From the human T2T-CHM13v2.0 reference genome, Homo sapiens, in assembly GCA_009914755.4 (NCBI GenBank), contig CP068257.2, forward strand, positions 42,944,001 through 43,008,000: DNA of 64,000 bases, in the 5' to 3' direction. Each line of letters begins with the position of its first letter. Position 1 is the first letter of the stretch. The notes under the pieces were generated by a model. It ran no database searches and was not told where the DNA came from. It saw nothing but the letters and a program-made list of their open reading frames with translations. Below, one piece after another: positions 15,633 to 29,627 of the stretch. Both the position numbers and the translations under genes were made by a program.

Positions 15633-16920
15633 TCCATCCCATAGGACCAGATCCTGTACCTCTGGAGGGACCAGGCCATGCTCAAATTTATATTATTTTT
15701 ATAGTTCAAAATATACAGAAAGACAATTCATCCCACCGTGTAACTGAATTTCTAGCCCTCTGAGGCCTTTTGTACTTTTCCTAAATCCCCTAGGAGTTAA
15801 GAGGCCTGGACTGGGAAACACAGATAGAGACACAGGACACCCTGAGCCTCTGAGACTTGCCTGGGCATCAAACCCCACCAGAAGGGCCCCTGGAGCCCTC
15901 TCCCCTGGGTAGGGGCCACTTCTCAGGGCCGCATGCATGCTGGGCTATGGCTGGTCATCACTGACATCACCAGGCACCAAGCAGCCCACCTCCCTCCCTG
16001 GTGGGGTCCACAGTCAGGGTTACTACCCCTTCACTTTCACATTCTCAGCACCTGGTGCAATTTCCAGCATGTGGGAGGACTCACTGCATCATGAATAAAT
16101 GAATGCTTGAGAAGTAAAAGTATCGGATACAATTGGAAACATTTAGCAGAAACAACCAAAAAGATGTGGTGGCCAATTGGATATTATTTGCAGAAGAAAT
16201 GGAGACTTAGATCAGATGTCTAGCTGGGGTGACCAAGGACTTAGCTGGCAATCAAGAAAACACACTGCAAGCGAAAGCAGTGCTTGCTGCTTTTCACACG
16301 GCAGTGCTGTTGAGAGTGGCTGTGCTTTTTGCGGAGGAGGTGTTCTGGGTTAGACTTACAGGTTTGCAGTGCTTGGGATAAAACCAAATGGAAATGGGGG
16401 CCCCAAACAGGGATCTGGGGCCTCCCTAAGTGCCCAGATGGAAGAGGGGGTGCACGGCCCCCCAGGAACTACTGTGAACCTGACGGGAAATGGCTCACAC
16501 CACTGTCCACCCTTTCCCGTTTGCCACTTGCTCTAAAGCCCTTGGGGGGACTTTATGCACCAGAGAGAGTGTGGGGAGTCACTTCTAGGAATGTTCCACC
16601 CTCATGCCATCATTGACAGGGGCTTCTCTAGCCTGGCATTCCAGAAGCCACAGCCACCCAGACAAGCAGAGTCCCCTGGCGATGGCCCACAGGCGCTGGG
16701 ATTAGGATGGATGGATCTCTCCTGCAGCCAGCACAGGCCCCTGGGACACTCTATTTGCAGACATTACACCCTGTCTACTTCAATATTATGCTCTGGAGCC
16801 AAAGGTAGGTGAGGGTGCGTCAACGGAACCAAATATAGACTCAGGACTTTACAAACTGAACGGCATCTCATAGGACTAAACATGAAACTCGCACTAATAA
16901 GCGTTCTCTAGGTTTTAAAC

Positions 16921-16989
16921 ACAAACAAGGAAGGGGCAGGAGTTGTTGACACTCCAGCTGGGACAACAGACCAGGGAGACATATAAAAG
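16921..16989 (+). promoter_or_regulatory. KRTAP10-7: KRTAP10-7 proximal promoter: ACAAACAAGGAAGGGG motif (16921-16936) and TATAAAAG box (16982-16989)
   Basis: The TATA box is 91 bp upstream of the ATG, and a CACTCA-rich 5'UTR lies between them (17010-17050). Confidence 0.75.
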
Positions 16990-17079
16990 CCAACATCCCT
17001 GAGCACCTAACACACGGACTCACTCACTCATTCACTCACTCACCCACTCACTCCCATCTCCTCCAGTTCAATCCCCAGC

Positions 17080-18192
17080 ATGGCTGCGTCCACTATGTCT
17101 GTCTGCTCCAGCGACCTGAGCTACGGCAGCCGCGTCTGCCTTCCTGGTTCCTGTGACTCTTGCTCCGACTCCTGGCAGGTGGACGACTGCCCAGAGAGCT
17201 GCTGCGAGCCCCCCTGCTGCGCCCCGGCCCCCTGCCTGAGCCTGGTCTGCACCCCAGTGAGCTATGTGTCCAGCCCCTGCTGCCGAGTGACCTGTGAGCC
17301 CAGCCCCTGCCAATCAGGCTGCACCAGCTCCTGCACGCCCTCGTGCTGCCAGCAGTCTAGCTGCCAGCTGGCTTGCTGTGCCTCCTCCCCCTGCCAGCAG
17401 GCCTGCTGCGTGCCCGTCTGCTGCAAGACTGTCTGCTGCAAGCCTGTGTACTGTGTGCCTGTCTGCAGTGGGGATTCTTCATGCTGCCAGCAGTCTAGCT
17501 GCCAGTCAGCTTGCTGCACCTCCTCCCCCTGCCAGCAGGCCTGCTGTGTGCCCATCTGCTGCAAGCCTGTCTGCTCTGGGATTTCCTCTTCGTGCTGCCA
17601 GCAGTCTAGCTGTGTGAGCTGTGTGTCCAGTCCCTGCTGCCAGGCGGTCTGTGAGCCCAGCCCCTGCCAATCAGGCTGCATCAGCTCCTGCACGCCCTCG
17701 TGCTGCCAGCAGTCTAGCTGCAAGCCGGCTTGCTGCACCTCCTCCCCTTGCCAGCAGGCCTGCTGTGTGCCTGTCTGCTGCAAGCCCGTCTGCTGTGTGC
17801 CCACCTGCTCTGATGATTCCTCTTCATGCTGCCAGCCAGCTTGCTGCACCTCCTCCCAAAGCCAGCAGGGCTGCTGCGTGCCCGTCTGCTGTAAGCCTGT
17901 GTGCTGTGTGCCCGTCTGCTCTGGGGCTTCCACTTCATGCTGCCAGCAGTCTAGCTGCCAGCCGGCTTGCTGCACCACCTCCTGCTGCAGACCCTCCTCC
18001 TCCGTGTCCCTCCTCTGCCGCCCCGTGTGCAGGCCCGCCTGCTGCGTGCCCGTCCCCTCCTGCTGCGCCCCCACCTCCTCCTGCCAGGCCAGCTGCTGCC
18101 GCCCAGCCTCCTGTGTGTCTCTCCTTTGCCGCCCCGCATGCTCCCGCCCGGCCTGCTGTGGCCCCACCTCAACCCAGAAGTCCAGCTGCTGA
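17080..18192 (+). CDS. KRTAP10-7: Single-exon KAP10-family keratin-associated protein, 370 aa
   Basis: ORF begins [61 protein letters not shown]. Its 370-aa length matches my recollection of KRTAP10-7. It is about 93% identical in protein to the minus-strand paralog at 7808-8920, except at the C-terminus. Confidence 0.85.
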   Translation: MAASTMSVCSSDLSYGSRVCLPGSCDSCSDSWQVDDCPESCCEPPCCAPAPCLSLVCTPVSYVSSPCCRVTCEPSPCQSGCTSSCTPSCCQQSSCQLACCASSPCQQACCVPVCCKTVCCKPVYCVPVCSGDSSCCQQSSCQSACCTSSPCQQACCVPICCKPVCSGISSSCCQQSSCVSCVSSPCCQAVCEPSPCQSGCISSCTPSCCQQSSCKPACCTSSPCQQACCVPVCCKPVCCVPTCSDDSSSCCQPACCTSSQSQQGCCVPVCCKPVCCVPVCSGASTSCCQQSSCQPACCTTSCCRPSSSVSLLCRPVCRPACCVPVPSCCAPTSSCQASCCRPASCVSLLCRPACSRPACCGPTSTQKSSC

Positions 18193-18608
18193 GTGATCTC
18201 CTTAAGATCATCCAAAGCCTGAGTGCTCACTGCCACCTGCACCCCTGGATTCTTTACCCTTGACGGCTCTCCACATCCCGCTCCTAAGCCCTGCAGTGGA
18301 CGTCAGTGGTCAGCTGGCCATCCAGTGTGCGCTTCTCCTCCTAGAAGCAGCTCAGCTGTTTCTCCAAGTCTTGACTTTCCCCCAATTACCCAGCCCTGCT
18401 TCCCCAGCAACAGGTGGGCAGTGACCCCAGCAAGGCCAGCGGGTGCTCCCAGGCCATAGCCCGGTGTGGGGAGAAATGAGGGTAGACAGGTACCAACTGG
18501 GTTTCTCGTCACTGTCCCAGCTCAGTGGCGAGCCCTGCTCCTCCCCTGCTGTGGGCCTGGGCCTCTTTCTCTGTCTTCCCTGACCACGGGAGCAGGTCAG
18601 ACCCTTCT

Positions 18609-18614
18609 AATAAA
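18609..18614 (+). terminator. KRTAP10-7: poly(A) signal AATAAA for KRTAP10-7
   Basis: ttctaataaactcc, about 415 nt after the stop codon. Confidence 0.7.
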
Positions 18615-20989
18615 CTCCTTTCCTAAAAAGTACAACTGGAATTCATTCTTGTTGTTCACAACCAAAGACCCCTGCCTGATGCCCCCCACCCGCGGGTGGT
18701 CCTGGGCTGCTCCCACGCCACGAGGTCCCTGTCCTTCCCAGGAGTCCTGGCAGCCCTGCACCAGCCTCACCACACGGATGTCCGAGGGGTAGGCAGGACT
18801 GAGGGATGGGAGAGGCGAGGGATCCAACAGCAGCGCCTGCCCTGGATGGGGCTGCTTTGGGGCCTCCCCAGAAACTGGGTTGTGTCCAGCCCCTGGCTCC
18901 AGAAAGGAAACCCCATGGCCGTGTGCAGAACGGGTCCACACGGTGGGCGGGGACGGCCATCCTGAGGGCCGGGCTGGCCCTTGGCTGGCGTCTGGGAACT
19001 GGGATTTCCGAGGGGCTCCCCCCGGCCCCGCCTCACTGGGCCTGAGCTGTTTGTACCATGTGCTTTAGGCCGAACACCCACATCCCTGCTGGGAGTCTGG
19101 AATTCTGGCGTAGCCCAGGCAGAAGCTGCTCACGTGACCAGTCCCCGGGTACATCACCGGGCAGGGCATCCCCAACATCGCAGGCGTGGCGTCCCAGCTG
19201 CTTGCAGGGGAGTGAGGCGCATCCTGCGTGACCCCCACCCCAGGAGAGGCCTCCAAAGCTGAGCCTGGTGCCCCTGGACTCGGCCCCAGGAACCTTTCCC
19301 TTGGTCGATTTTGCTCAGTGTCCTCTCTGTGGGAAATCACAGCCGTGAGTACCACAACCTGCGTGGCCTGTATCCTCCTGGAGAATCGCCGTCTTGGGGA
19401 CCCTGACACAGACCCCAAGCTGCCCTTCCCAAGCAACGACAATGCTGTCCTAGGACAGTGCTGGGTGCATTTCTGGTAGTGCTTCCTTTGACTCCTGCTC
19501 CAGAGGGGGTGGAGACAGAAGGAGGCTGGGTGAGGCCAGGCCATCGTGGGTTTCATGAGGAGCAGAGCCGTCCTGCGCCTGCAACGAGCTGTCCCTCCCC
19601 TGTGGTGGCCACAGAGGCTGTGGCCTGAAACTCTGGCGTGGGGCTGGAGCACCAGCTGGCAAGGAATAAGCCCCCACATGTCCCACCTGGCACTCCTCTG
19701 CCCCTACCCCGGCCCCTGTGCAGAAGAAATGAGCCAGGCTTCTCTCTGGCACCAGGGCTACACCCTAAGTCAGCATCCCAGGCTTTGCGTCACTGGCTCC
19801 CCTCTGGTTCTCCAGGAGGTACCAAGGGGACCCTGTGGTGAGTCCCCCAACTACAGGCACCTGAATCCCACAGACGGCAAGATGGAGGGGACTTGCTCAG
19901 AGAAGCACGTCCTCCTCTGTGGATCCCAGACTTGGCTCCTCCCCTAGGCATGGCCCCAGCAAGCATCCAGGCATGTGAGCCTCTGGGGAAACACGCCCCC
20001 CACGCCCCAGGTGTGAACTTCAGGGGAGGTGTGCTGTGGGGCAGAAACATCAAGTTCCCTTCCAAGGGCAACAGGTGGAACTTCAGAACCTCCTGCAAGA
20101 GGAAGGGCGTGCCAGGGTGGCTGAGCAGAGAGAAGCAGCCTCCTCCAAGGGGCCATTCTCAGCCGCACCACAGAAGCTGATGGTGGCTGAAACTGCCCTG
20201 TGTCACCTGGACATTCACCATTTGCCCTGGTCAACAATGCCTACCGCCATCCCTGGTGAAAGAACCAATATCTCACAAAAAATGCAAAAGGCACAAATCA
20301 TTAGAGAAAATACTGACAATCTTGAATGCAGCAAAATGCACACAAAAGCATAAGCACACAATCAAAGTTTCCACCAATCCCATCCCAGAGAAGCCACCTG
20401 TGGGGCATCACGGGGAGACTGCGGGCTCACTGTCTCCCTCCTGGGCACGTGGGCTGGCAGGTTCCAGCCACCTGCAGTTAGTTAGGGCCACATGATGAGT
20501 TTCTATTGGTTAAACGTGCATGGAGAGATGTCTGCCACTTCCACGCCACAGGTTGTGGGAGCCCTGCTGCCTCTCTTCCTTGCCGGGCTATCTTGGAGGC
20601 TCACGTGCCAGAGAGTGGGTCCACAAGGTAGGGGCGCAGCATGCTTGGATGGCAATGTGAGGAGTGGGGAAGGCCTTGTGGGCTTAAGCCATTGACATGT
20701 TGACTTCTGTTGGTTTCTGAACCAGCATTGATGACCTTCACCCACAGTATGTAACAAAAGATTCAAATTCAGAATTTATAAAGAAAACATAAAAAGAAAC
20801 GAATAAAAGAGATGGAAATACGCAATTATAGGATAAGATGTCCAATGGCCAAAAATCACAGGATAAGATAGCCAATCTCACCTACCATCGAGACACCATG
20901 CACAAAAATTAACTAGGGGTGAACCCTAGACTTACATGTCAAAGATAAGATAATGAGATCTCTATATAAGATCACATCATCAGCAGAGA

Positions 20990-21500
20990 CAGTCTCACTT
21001 CTTTCTTTTCTATTCAGTACCTTTTATTTCTTTTTCTTGCCTAATTGCTCTGGCTAGAACTTCCAGCACCACGTTAAATAGAAGTGACAAGAGTGGGCAT
21101 CCTTGCCTTGTTTTTGATCTTAGAGAAAGAGCTTTCAGCTTTTCACCACTGAGTATGGCATCAGCTGTGGGCTTGTTGCATATGGCCTTTATCGTGATGA
21201 GGTGCGTCTCTTCTATGTCTATTTTCTTGAGAGTTTTAATCATGAATGAATGCTGAATTTGTTCAAATGGTCTTTTGCATCTATTGGGGTGATCATGTGT
21301 TTTTTGTCTCTAATGTTAGTGTGATGTATCACATTTATTGATTTATATATGTTGAACCATTCTTGCATCCCTGGGATAAATCCCACTGGATCATAGTGAA
21401 GGATCTTTTTAATGTGCTGTTGAATTCAGTTTGCTAGTCTTTTTTTGAGGATTTTTGCATCTATATTCGTCAAGGACGTTGGCCTGTAGTTTTCTTTTCT
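20990..21500 (-). mobile_element. L1 ORF2 fragment(s), minus strand
   Basis: ORF 21010-21243 (-) translates to the L1 reverse-transcriptase region [25 protein letters not shown]. Confidence 0.8.
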
Positions 21501-21559
21501 TGTAAAGACTCTACCTGTTAGTCTTCAAACTATTAGGACTGATAAACAAATTTAATAAA

Positions 21560-23170
21560 GTTGCAAGTTAAAAAATCAACATACAAAAATTAATAGCATT
21601 TCTATATACTAACAATGAACAATGATCCAAAAAAGAGATTAAGAAAACAATACCATTTACAATAGCATGTAGAAGAGTTTAGAAAGATATTTAACCAAGG
21701 AGGTGAAAGATCTGTACACTGAAAACTACAAAACATTGATGAAAGAAGTTGAAGACACAAATAAATGGAACAATGTCCCATATTCACGGATTACAAGAAT
21801 TAATATTGTTAAAATGTCCATACTACCTAAAGCTATCTACAGATTCAATGCAATCTCTATCAATTTCAATATCATTTTTACAAATACATAGAAAAGAACA
21901 ATCCCAAAATTCATATGAAACCATAAAAGACTCTGAATAGCCAACACAGTTTTGAGTAGGAAGAACAAAGCTGGAGGCATCACACTCCCTAATTTCAAAA
22001 TACTTTAAAGCTATTGTAATCCAAACACCATGGGACTGACATAAAAATAAACATATCAACCAATGGAATGGGATAGAAATCCCAGAAACAAACCCAAGTG
22101 TTTGTTGTCAATTTATTTCTGACAAAGGTGCCAAGAACAAATGATGGGAAAAGGACAGACTCTTCAATAATCAGTGTTGGGAAAACTCAATATCCATGTG
22201 CAGAAAACTAAAATTGAACCCTCATCTTACATCATATGCAAAAATCAACTCAAAATGCATGGAAGACCTCGGCATAAGACCTGAAATGTGATACTGCTAG
22301 AAGAAAGCATAGTGGAAAATCTCCATTACATTGGTCCAGGCAATTATTCCTTGAATAGGACCCCAAAAGCACACCTAACAAAATAAAACATAGACAAATG
22401 AGATTGCATCAAACGAAAAAGCTGTACAGCCAAGGAGACAATCAACAGGATGAAGAAACAACCCATGGATTGGGAAAAAATATCTGCAAACCATATATTT
22501 GATGAGGGACTACTACTCACAATAAGGAACTCAAACAACTCAGTAGCAAGAAAATAAATAACCCAATCTAAAAATGGACAAACAGCCTGGCAACAGAGCA
22601 AGACCCTGGCTCAAAAAAAAAAAAAAAAAAACTACATAAATAAATAAAAATGGGCAAAAGACCTAAACAGACATTTCTCAAAAGAAGCCATTTAAATGGA
22701 CAGCAGGTATATTTTTAAATGCTCAACATCACTAGTCATCAGGAAAATGCACATTGAAGATGCAATGAGACATCACCTCACACTTGTCAGAATGGTTCTT
22801 ATCAAAAAGATGAAAGCGAACAAGTGTTAGGGAGGATGTAGAAAAGAGGGAGTCTTGTACATTGTTGGTGGGAATCTAAATTAGTACAACCACTACGGGA
22901 AACAGTATAGCGGTTCCTCAAAAAACTAAAAATAGAACTTGCCTATGATCCACAAATCCCACTTCTGGTTTTATATCTAAAATAACTGAAATCATTCTTT
23001 TGGGGAGAGGTCTGCACTCCTATGTTCATTTCAGTCTTATTCACAATAGCCTAGGTATGGAATCGATCTCAGTTCATCAATTGATGAATGGATAAAGAAA
23101 GTGTGGCATATATACACAATGGAATACTATTCGGCCATGAAAAGGAGAAAAATTCTGTCATTTGTGACAA
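21560..23170 (+). mobile_element. Older L1 ORF2 3' portion on the plus strand. It contains a small Alu 3'-end fragment with poly-A at about 22586-22632.
   Basis: Typical L1 ORF2 3' sequence (…aaagatctgtacactgaaaactacaaaacattgatgaaagaa…). It ends with the L1 3'-end motif gatgaatggataaagaaagtgtggcatatatacacaatggaatactat. Confidence 0.75.
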
Positions 23171-23515
23171 CTTGAATGGACCTGGAGGACATTATGCTAA
23201 GCGAAATAAGCCAGGCACAGAAAGACAAATGGCATGATTTGTGTCTAGAATCTAAAACTGTCAAACTTAGAAACAGAGAGCAGAAAGGTGGTTACCAGAG
23301 GCCGGGGGCTGCCAGAGGAGAGGAATGGGGAAGGGAGATGTTGATCAAAGGAAACAACCTTTCCATCACACTGGAGGAAAAAGCTTTAGTGACCTACTGC
23401 ATTGCATGGTGACACATAAAAATAATGTGTTGCATACTTCAAAACTGGTAAAAGAATATACTTTTAATTTACCAGAAAAATGGTAAGTTGGTGAGATGAT
23501 GGTTATGTTAAGTAA

Positions 23516-23807
<292 letters not shown>

Positions 23808-24949
23808 TGATTTAATCTTTCTACAATGCATGCACAGGTCAAAACGTCACATTATAGATCAAAACATCACATTATACCTAGTAAATACACACAATTATTA
23901 TTTGTCAGTTTAAAAATTAGTAAATGAACAATGAATGAAATAAAAATAATGAAGCTCTAGAAGCACATATAGGGGAATGTCTTCACGACGTTGTGGTAGG
24001 CAAAGACTTCGGGAACGGGGTAAAAATGCCACACATAAGAGAGTAAATTAGTAAATCGGATTTTACTACAATTAAGAGCGTCTCTTCATCAAATGATACT
24101 ATTAATACCACACATCCATAAACATGACTCAGATTGAAATAGATGACCAATACCGAGTGTCAGCAAATGTGTGCAGGAAATGGAACTCTCCAACATTTGC
24201 TGGGGTGGGAATGTGAAATGGAAAAATCCCTCTGCAAAACAGTTTGGCAGTGTCATAAACATGACACACACACCCCCTTCACATGCCCCACACACTCCAC
24301 CTCCTGTGTGTTTACCCAAGAGAAGTGAAATCATATCACAAAGACTTGCTCACAAATGTTTAAAGATGCTTTTGCCACACAAGTCATGTGTCCATCGACA
24401 CATGGGTCAATTGTACTATAGAATTTGATTTACATGAAATTCCAGGAAAGACAAACCTATTTGAGACACAGAGGAGATCAGTCGTTTCCTGGGGCAGAGT
24501 CAGGAGGGGTGGGGATTGATCATGAAAAGTACACCTGGGAACTCGGAGATGATGGAAAATCCAGATCTTGCTTGTGGTAGTGGTTACATGGGTGTATATT
24601 TTCTCAAAACTCATGAAAAGGTAACTTTAAATAGGTACCTTTTACAGCATGTAATCATACTTCAATAAAGCTGACTTTTTAAAAACTTCATTTTTAAACC
24701 CCAGACTTGGATGGGTTATTTGCAATTCCCATACTCAGTGGTACACTAAAGCCAGCATGCCCTGGCTCATGAGAGCTGACATGCACCCCTCTCTTCCCAT
24801 CTCTGTGTTAAGTGACATTGTCTTGGTAGCTTGGATTTAGCTGGGTTGGGAGCATTCACACGTGGACGTTGGCAAATGCAACCAATTGGGACTTTTGTTT
24901 TTGTTTTCGTTACAAAAACAAAAGCCAGTTATTGAACGTTCACTGACAC

Positions 24950-25750
24950 ACTGCATGTATACAACTCATATTCAGAATACATAATAAATTTCTGCAAATC
25001 AATAAGAAACACAAGTAGCCATATTTTAGAAAGCAAGCAAATGTCTTGAACAGGCACCTCACAAGAAAAGATATCCAAGGTTCAATGAGTGGCTTTACTC
25101 ATCCGGGATATGCACATTAGTGCAACAGTGCAATATTCCTAAACACTTTCCAAAATAAACAAATTTTAAAAGACTGATCAACCTCATTTTGTAAAGATAC
25201 AGAATAAATGGAATTATAAAATCAACTAGTGAGGATGTAAATTTCTTTAGAAAGTTGTTGGTATATGCTAAGCCAACATATGCCTATCTATGACCAAGCA
25301 ATTCCACTTTTGGGAGCACAATGAAGAGAAATTAGTAAAAATATCAGTGAAAAAGTTTACAAGAATTTTTCTAGGAGCACTATTAACAGCAGCCAAAATC
25401 TGGAAACAATCTAAATCTCTAACACTGTGAAAGAGAATGGACAAATAACACGTTGTAGAATTTAATGCAATGGGGCAGCAAAAAAAGAGTGAAGTACTGA
25501 TGCATGCAGCAACATGGTGCTTCTCACAGACATTGTGCTGAACAAATTGAACCATAAAACAAAAGAGTTCCATAGAACACGCAAAGCTAACCAATGAGGA
25601 GAGAAGGTAGAACAGCAACTAATACTTAGGGAGGAGGGACTAACAAAGAGATAGCATAAGGGATCATTTAGGACTCTGGTAATGTTCCACATCTTCCCCA
25701 AAATAGTCTAAGGGGAAATATTTCCACCCAGAAATTATATCCAGCTAAGC
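24950..25750 (+). mobile_element. Ancient L1 (L1M-like) 3'-end fragment
   Basis: Similar to the L1 ORF2 C-terminal/3' region (…ctatgaccaagcaattccacttttgggagcacaatgaagag…aatggggcagcaaaaaaagagtgaagtactgatgcatgcagcaacatgg…), but diverged. Confidence 0.55.
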
Positions 25751-27649
25751 TATCAATCAAATGGAAGAGCAGAATAAAGGCATTTTTAGTCATGCTATGG
25801 CTCAAAAATATATCTTCCTTGTACCCATTTTCAGAAAGTTACTGGAGGATGTGCTCCACCAAAACAAGGATATAAATCCAGAAAGAAAAAGACAAGGCAT
25901 CCAGGAAGTAATGGATCCAACATCAGAGAGAGATGAATGAAAATCCAAAGACAAGAGTGAAGGGAGATCCCAGGAAACCTGTGTACCAGGCTGAGGGAGC
26001 AGCCAATAGAGACTGGTCCACACATAAGACAGCTCTAAGAGAGATGTTTCCAAAAAATAAATGAAGCTAATAGATTGTTATATTTGAACCTCTTGAGTGG
26101 AGCATGGGGATGAATGAGTCAGAGTTTGGGGAGGAGCAATTGTTAACTCCAAGAGGGGAAAAACATAAACAAAAACAAAACATGTACAGATAAGGAAATT
26201 TAATCTGGTTCCACTATTCAGACTTGGCTATGAACAATATTTACTTTATTATAATATACATTCTGAACACTGATGTAACCAAATATTGATATTTTACTTC
26301 CTTTGCCTTCTGAGGATGGGAAGGGGGAACTTTTCACGGGCCTGGTGATAAACTAGAGAAAGTACTTTCCTCCACAATAGGAAATCAGATCATACCTGAA
26401 ATTGAAAATGCAAGAAATAACAGAGCATGTATATTGTTTAATAATTCTGAGACAAACAGGAGAACTAAGAAGAGCATCTGGGATGGGCCTTGGGAGGGAT
26501 GCATGCCAGAGAGAGGGGGGTGTTAAAGGCATTCAGTTTTATAATGAAAGCAGAGCATAAAAGTTTGAAAAATTTGTAGCCTGACTATGCAATAGAAAAG
26601 AAAAACCCATTTTCTAGGGAGAAATTCAAGCCGGATGCAGAAATTTGCATAAGTAGCAAGGAGCCTATTGTTAATCCCCAAGACCATGGGGAAAATATCT
26701 CCAGGCCATGTCAGAGACCTTCATGGCAGCCCCTCCCATCAGAGGCCTGGAGGCCTGGGAGGAAAAAGTGGTTTCGTGGGTCCAGGGTCCCCATGCTGTA
26801 TGCAGCCTGGGTGAAAGGAGCCAATGTACAGCTCAGACTGTGGCTTCAGAGGGTGGAAGCCCCAAGCCTTGGCAGCTTCCATGTTGCGTTGAGCCTGCAG
26901 GTGCACAGAAGTCAAGAATTGAAGTTTGGGAACCTCCGCCTAGATTTCAGAAGATATATGGAAACGCATGGATGCCCAGGCAGAAGTTTGCTGCAGGGGT
27001 GGGGCCCTCATGGAGAACCTCTGCTACGGCAGTGCAGAAGGGAAATGTAGGGCCAGGGCCCCCACACAGAGTCCCTACTGGGGCACTGCCTAGTGGAGCT
27101 GTGATAAGAGGGCCACCATCCTCCAGACCCCAGAATGGTAGATCTATTGACACCTTGCACCATGTGCCTGGAAAAGCTGCTGACACTCAACACCAGCCCA
27201 TGAAAGCAGCCAGGAGGGAGGCTGTACCCTGCAAAGCCACAGGGGTGGAGCTGTCCGAGACCATGGGAACCCACCTCTTGCATCATTATGACCTGGATGT
27301 GAGACCTGGAGTCAAACGAGATCATTTTGGAGCTTTAAAATTTGACTCCCCTGCTGGATTTTGGACTTGCATGGGCCCTGTAAAATCCCTTTGTTTTGGC
27401 CAATTTCTGCCATTTGGAATGGCTGTATTTACCCAATACCTGTACCCCTATTTTATCTAGGAAGAAACTAGCTTGTTTTTGATTTTACAGGCTCATAGGT
27501 GGAAGAGACTTGTCTTGTCTCAGATGAAACTTTGGACTGTGGACTTTTGGGTTAATGCTGAAATGAGTTAAGACTTTGGGGGACTGTTGGGAAGGCATGA
27601 CTGGTTTTGAAATGTGAAGACATAAGATTTGGAAGGGCCAGGGACAGAA

Positions 27650-28004
27650 TGATATGGTTTGGCTGTGTCCTTACCCAAATCTCGACTTGAATTTCATCTC
27701 CCAGCATTCCTACATGTTGTGGGAGGAACCCAGGGGGAGATAATTGAATCATGGGGGCCGGTCTTTTCCTGTGCTATTCTAGTGGTAGTGAATAAGTCTC
27801 ACAAGATCTGATGGGTTTATCAGGGGCTTCTGCTTTTGCTTCTTCCTCATTTTCTCTTGCTGCCACCATGTAAGAAGTGCCTGTCAGCTCCCACCAAGAT
27901 TCTGCGGCCTCCCCAGCCATGTGGAACTGTAAGTCCAATTAAAGCCCTTTTTCTTCTCAGTCTTGGGTATGTCTCTATCAGCAGTGTGAAAATGGACTAA
28001 TACA
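27650..28004 (+). mobile_element. THE1/MaLR-family LTR. The sequence at about 26100-27649 probably includes the MaLR internal part.
   Basis: Starts tgatatggtttggctgtgtcc…, contains gtgggaggaacccaggggga gataattgaatcatggggg, and ends …cagtgtgaaaatggactaatacagg. This is the THE1 consensus architecture as I recall it. Confidence 0.7.
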
Positions 28005-28413
28005 GGGGCATCGCACCATAGTTTGCAGATGGAACAGGTAGGGGTGGCAGGGTGGGGAGCCAGGGGGCATTCCTAGCCGAGACACCCATTGTTCAATGGA
28101 GCAGAACTCTGGGACAGGTGGAGAACATCTGCTGGTAAAAAAACACCCCACCCCTGGTACCAAATACCCCAATAGCAAAGACATACAGGCAAAGACAGGA
28201 GGAAAGTGGGGCTGGGTTTTCCAGACTTGCCAACTCACGATCTGTTCAACTCCCAGCTCCACCAGCAGACACGCAGCATCACTGTGTGTGGTTGCAGGGC
28301 ACAGACACCTGCAAGTGGTCAGCATCACCCAACCACATGCAGCAGTCCTGGGACCACAGTAACATCCCACAGCAAGTAAACTAATTAGGGTTGCCTGGAG
28401 GCAAAGTCTCAGC

Positions 28414-28477
28414 CACAACAAGGAAAGGGAAGGCTTGTGAGACTCCTGTGAGGAAAATACCCAGGGAGGGTATAAAA
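28414..28477 (+). promoter_or_regulatory. KRTAP10-8: KRTAP10-8 proximal promoter: CACAACAAGGAAAGGG motif (28414-28429) and TATAAAA box (28471-28477)
   Basis: The TATA box is 72 bp upstream of the ATG. Confidence 0.75.
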
Positions 28478-28548
28478 CCTCAGCAGCCAGGGCACACAAA
28501 CCCACACACCTCACACCAGCACTCACACCACCCAGTCCAGCACCCACC

Positions 28549-29328
28549 ATGGCTGACGCCTGCTGCACCAGGACGTATGTGATTGCTGCATCCACCATGT
28601 CTGTCTGCTCCAGTGACGTGGGCCGTGTCAGCCGAGTCTCCTCCCCCAGCACCTGCACTGGCTCCTCCTGGCAGGTGGACAATTGCCAGGAAAGCTGCTG
28701 CGAGCCCCGCTCCTGTGCCTCCAGCTGCTGTACCCCTAGCTGCTGTGCCCCAGCCCCCTGCCTGGCCCTGGTCTGTGCCCCAGTGAGCTGTGAGCCCAGC
28801 CCCTGCCAATCAGGCTGCACCGACTCCTGCACACCTTCATGCTGCCAGCAGTCTAGCTGCCAGCCGGCTTGCTGCACCTCCTCCCCCTGCCAACAGGCCT
28901 GCTGTGTGCCTGTGTGCTGCAAGTCCAACTGCTGCAAGCCCGTGTGCTGCGTGTCCATCTGCTCTGGAGCTTCCTCCCCATGCTGCCAGCAGTCTAGCTG
29001 CCAGTCAGCTTGCTGCACCTTCTCCCCATGCCAACAGGCCTGCTGTGTGCCCATCTGCTGCAAGCCCATCTGCTGTGTGCCTGTCTGCTCTGGGGCTTCC
29101 TCTCTGTGCTGCCAGAAGTCTAGCTGCCAGCCGGCTTGCTGCACCACCTCCTGCTGCAGACCCTCCTCCTCCGTGTCCCTCCTCTGCCGCCCTGTGTGCC
29201 GGCCTGCCTGCTGTGTGCCTGTCCCCTCCTGTTGTGTCCCTGCCTCCTCCTGCCAGCCCAGCTGCTGCCACCCGGCCTCCTGCCTGTCCTTCCTCTGCCG
29301 CCCCGCGTGCTCCCGCCTGGCCTGCTGA
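28549..29328 (+). CDS. KRTAP10-8: Single-exon KAP10-family keratin-associated protein, 259 aa
   Basis: ORF begins [53 protein letters not shown]. This distinctive N-terminal extension and the 259-aa length match my recollection of KRTAP10-8. Confidence 0.85.
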   Translation: MADACCTRTYVIAASTMSVCSSDVGRVSRVSSPSTCTGSSWQVDNCQESCCEPRSCASSCCTPSCCAPAPCLALVCAPVSCEPSPCQSGCTDSCTPSCCQQSSCQPACCTSSPCQQACCVPVCCKSNCCKPVCCVSICSGASSPCCQQSSCQSACCTFSPCQQACCVPICCKPICCVPVCSGASSLCCQKSSCQPACCTTSCCRPSSSVSLLCRPVCRPACCVPVPSCCVPASSCQPSCCHPASCLSFLCRPACSRLAC

Positions 29329-29627
29329 GGCCTCTGCTCAGGCCAGGAGTCCAGCTGCTGATGGGCACGTCCCCCAGGGCCAGCCGGCTCCGGTCCTGTC
29401 CTGGGTTAAGTGGCTGCCCCTACCTGGGATGGGGTCTCCATGTCTCCCCTGTGCTGAGGTGACCTCTCCCTCCTTACTCCCAGGAGCCTCCATCCTCACT
29501 GCTCCCCAGCTCTTGCCTTCCAGCAGGTGCCCACCTGCCTGCTGGGTCCCCTGTCCTCCCTCCCAGCTTCTCTGCTCTGGGTCACTTGGCCTCGACTTGA
29601 ACCTCTCAGCACCTCCTCCTACTCCCC

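Noticed and set aside
26708-27460. 250-aa plus-strand ORF (MSETFMAAPPIRGLEAWEEKVVSWVQGPHAV…)
   Set aside because: It sits in sequence immediately preceding and contiguous with a THE1-type LTR (27650-28004), so it most likely belongs to MaLR internal sequence. It has no recognisable domain, no promoter or poly(A) context, and its GC-rich composition favours open frames by chance.
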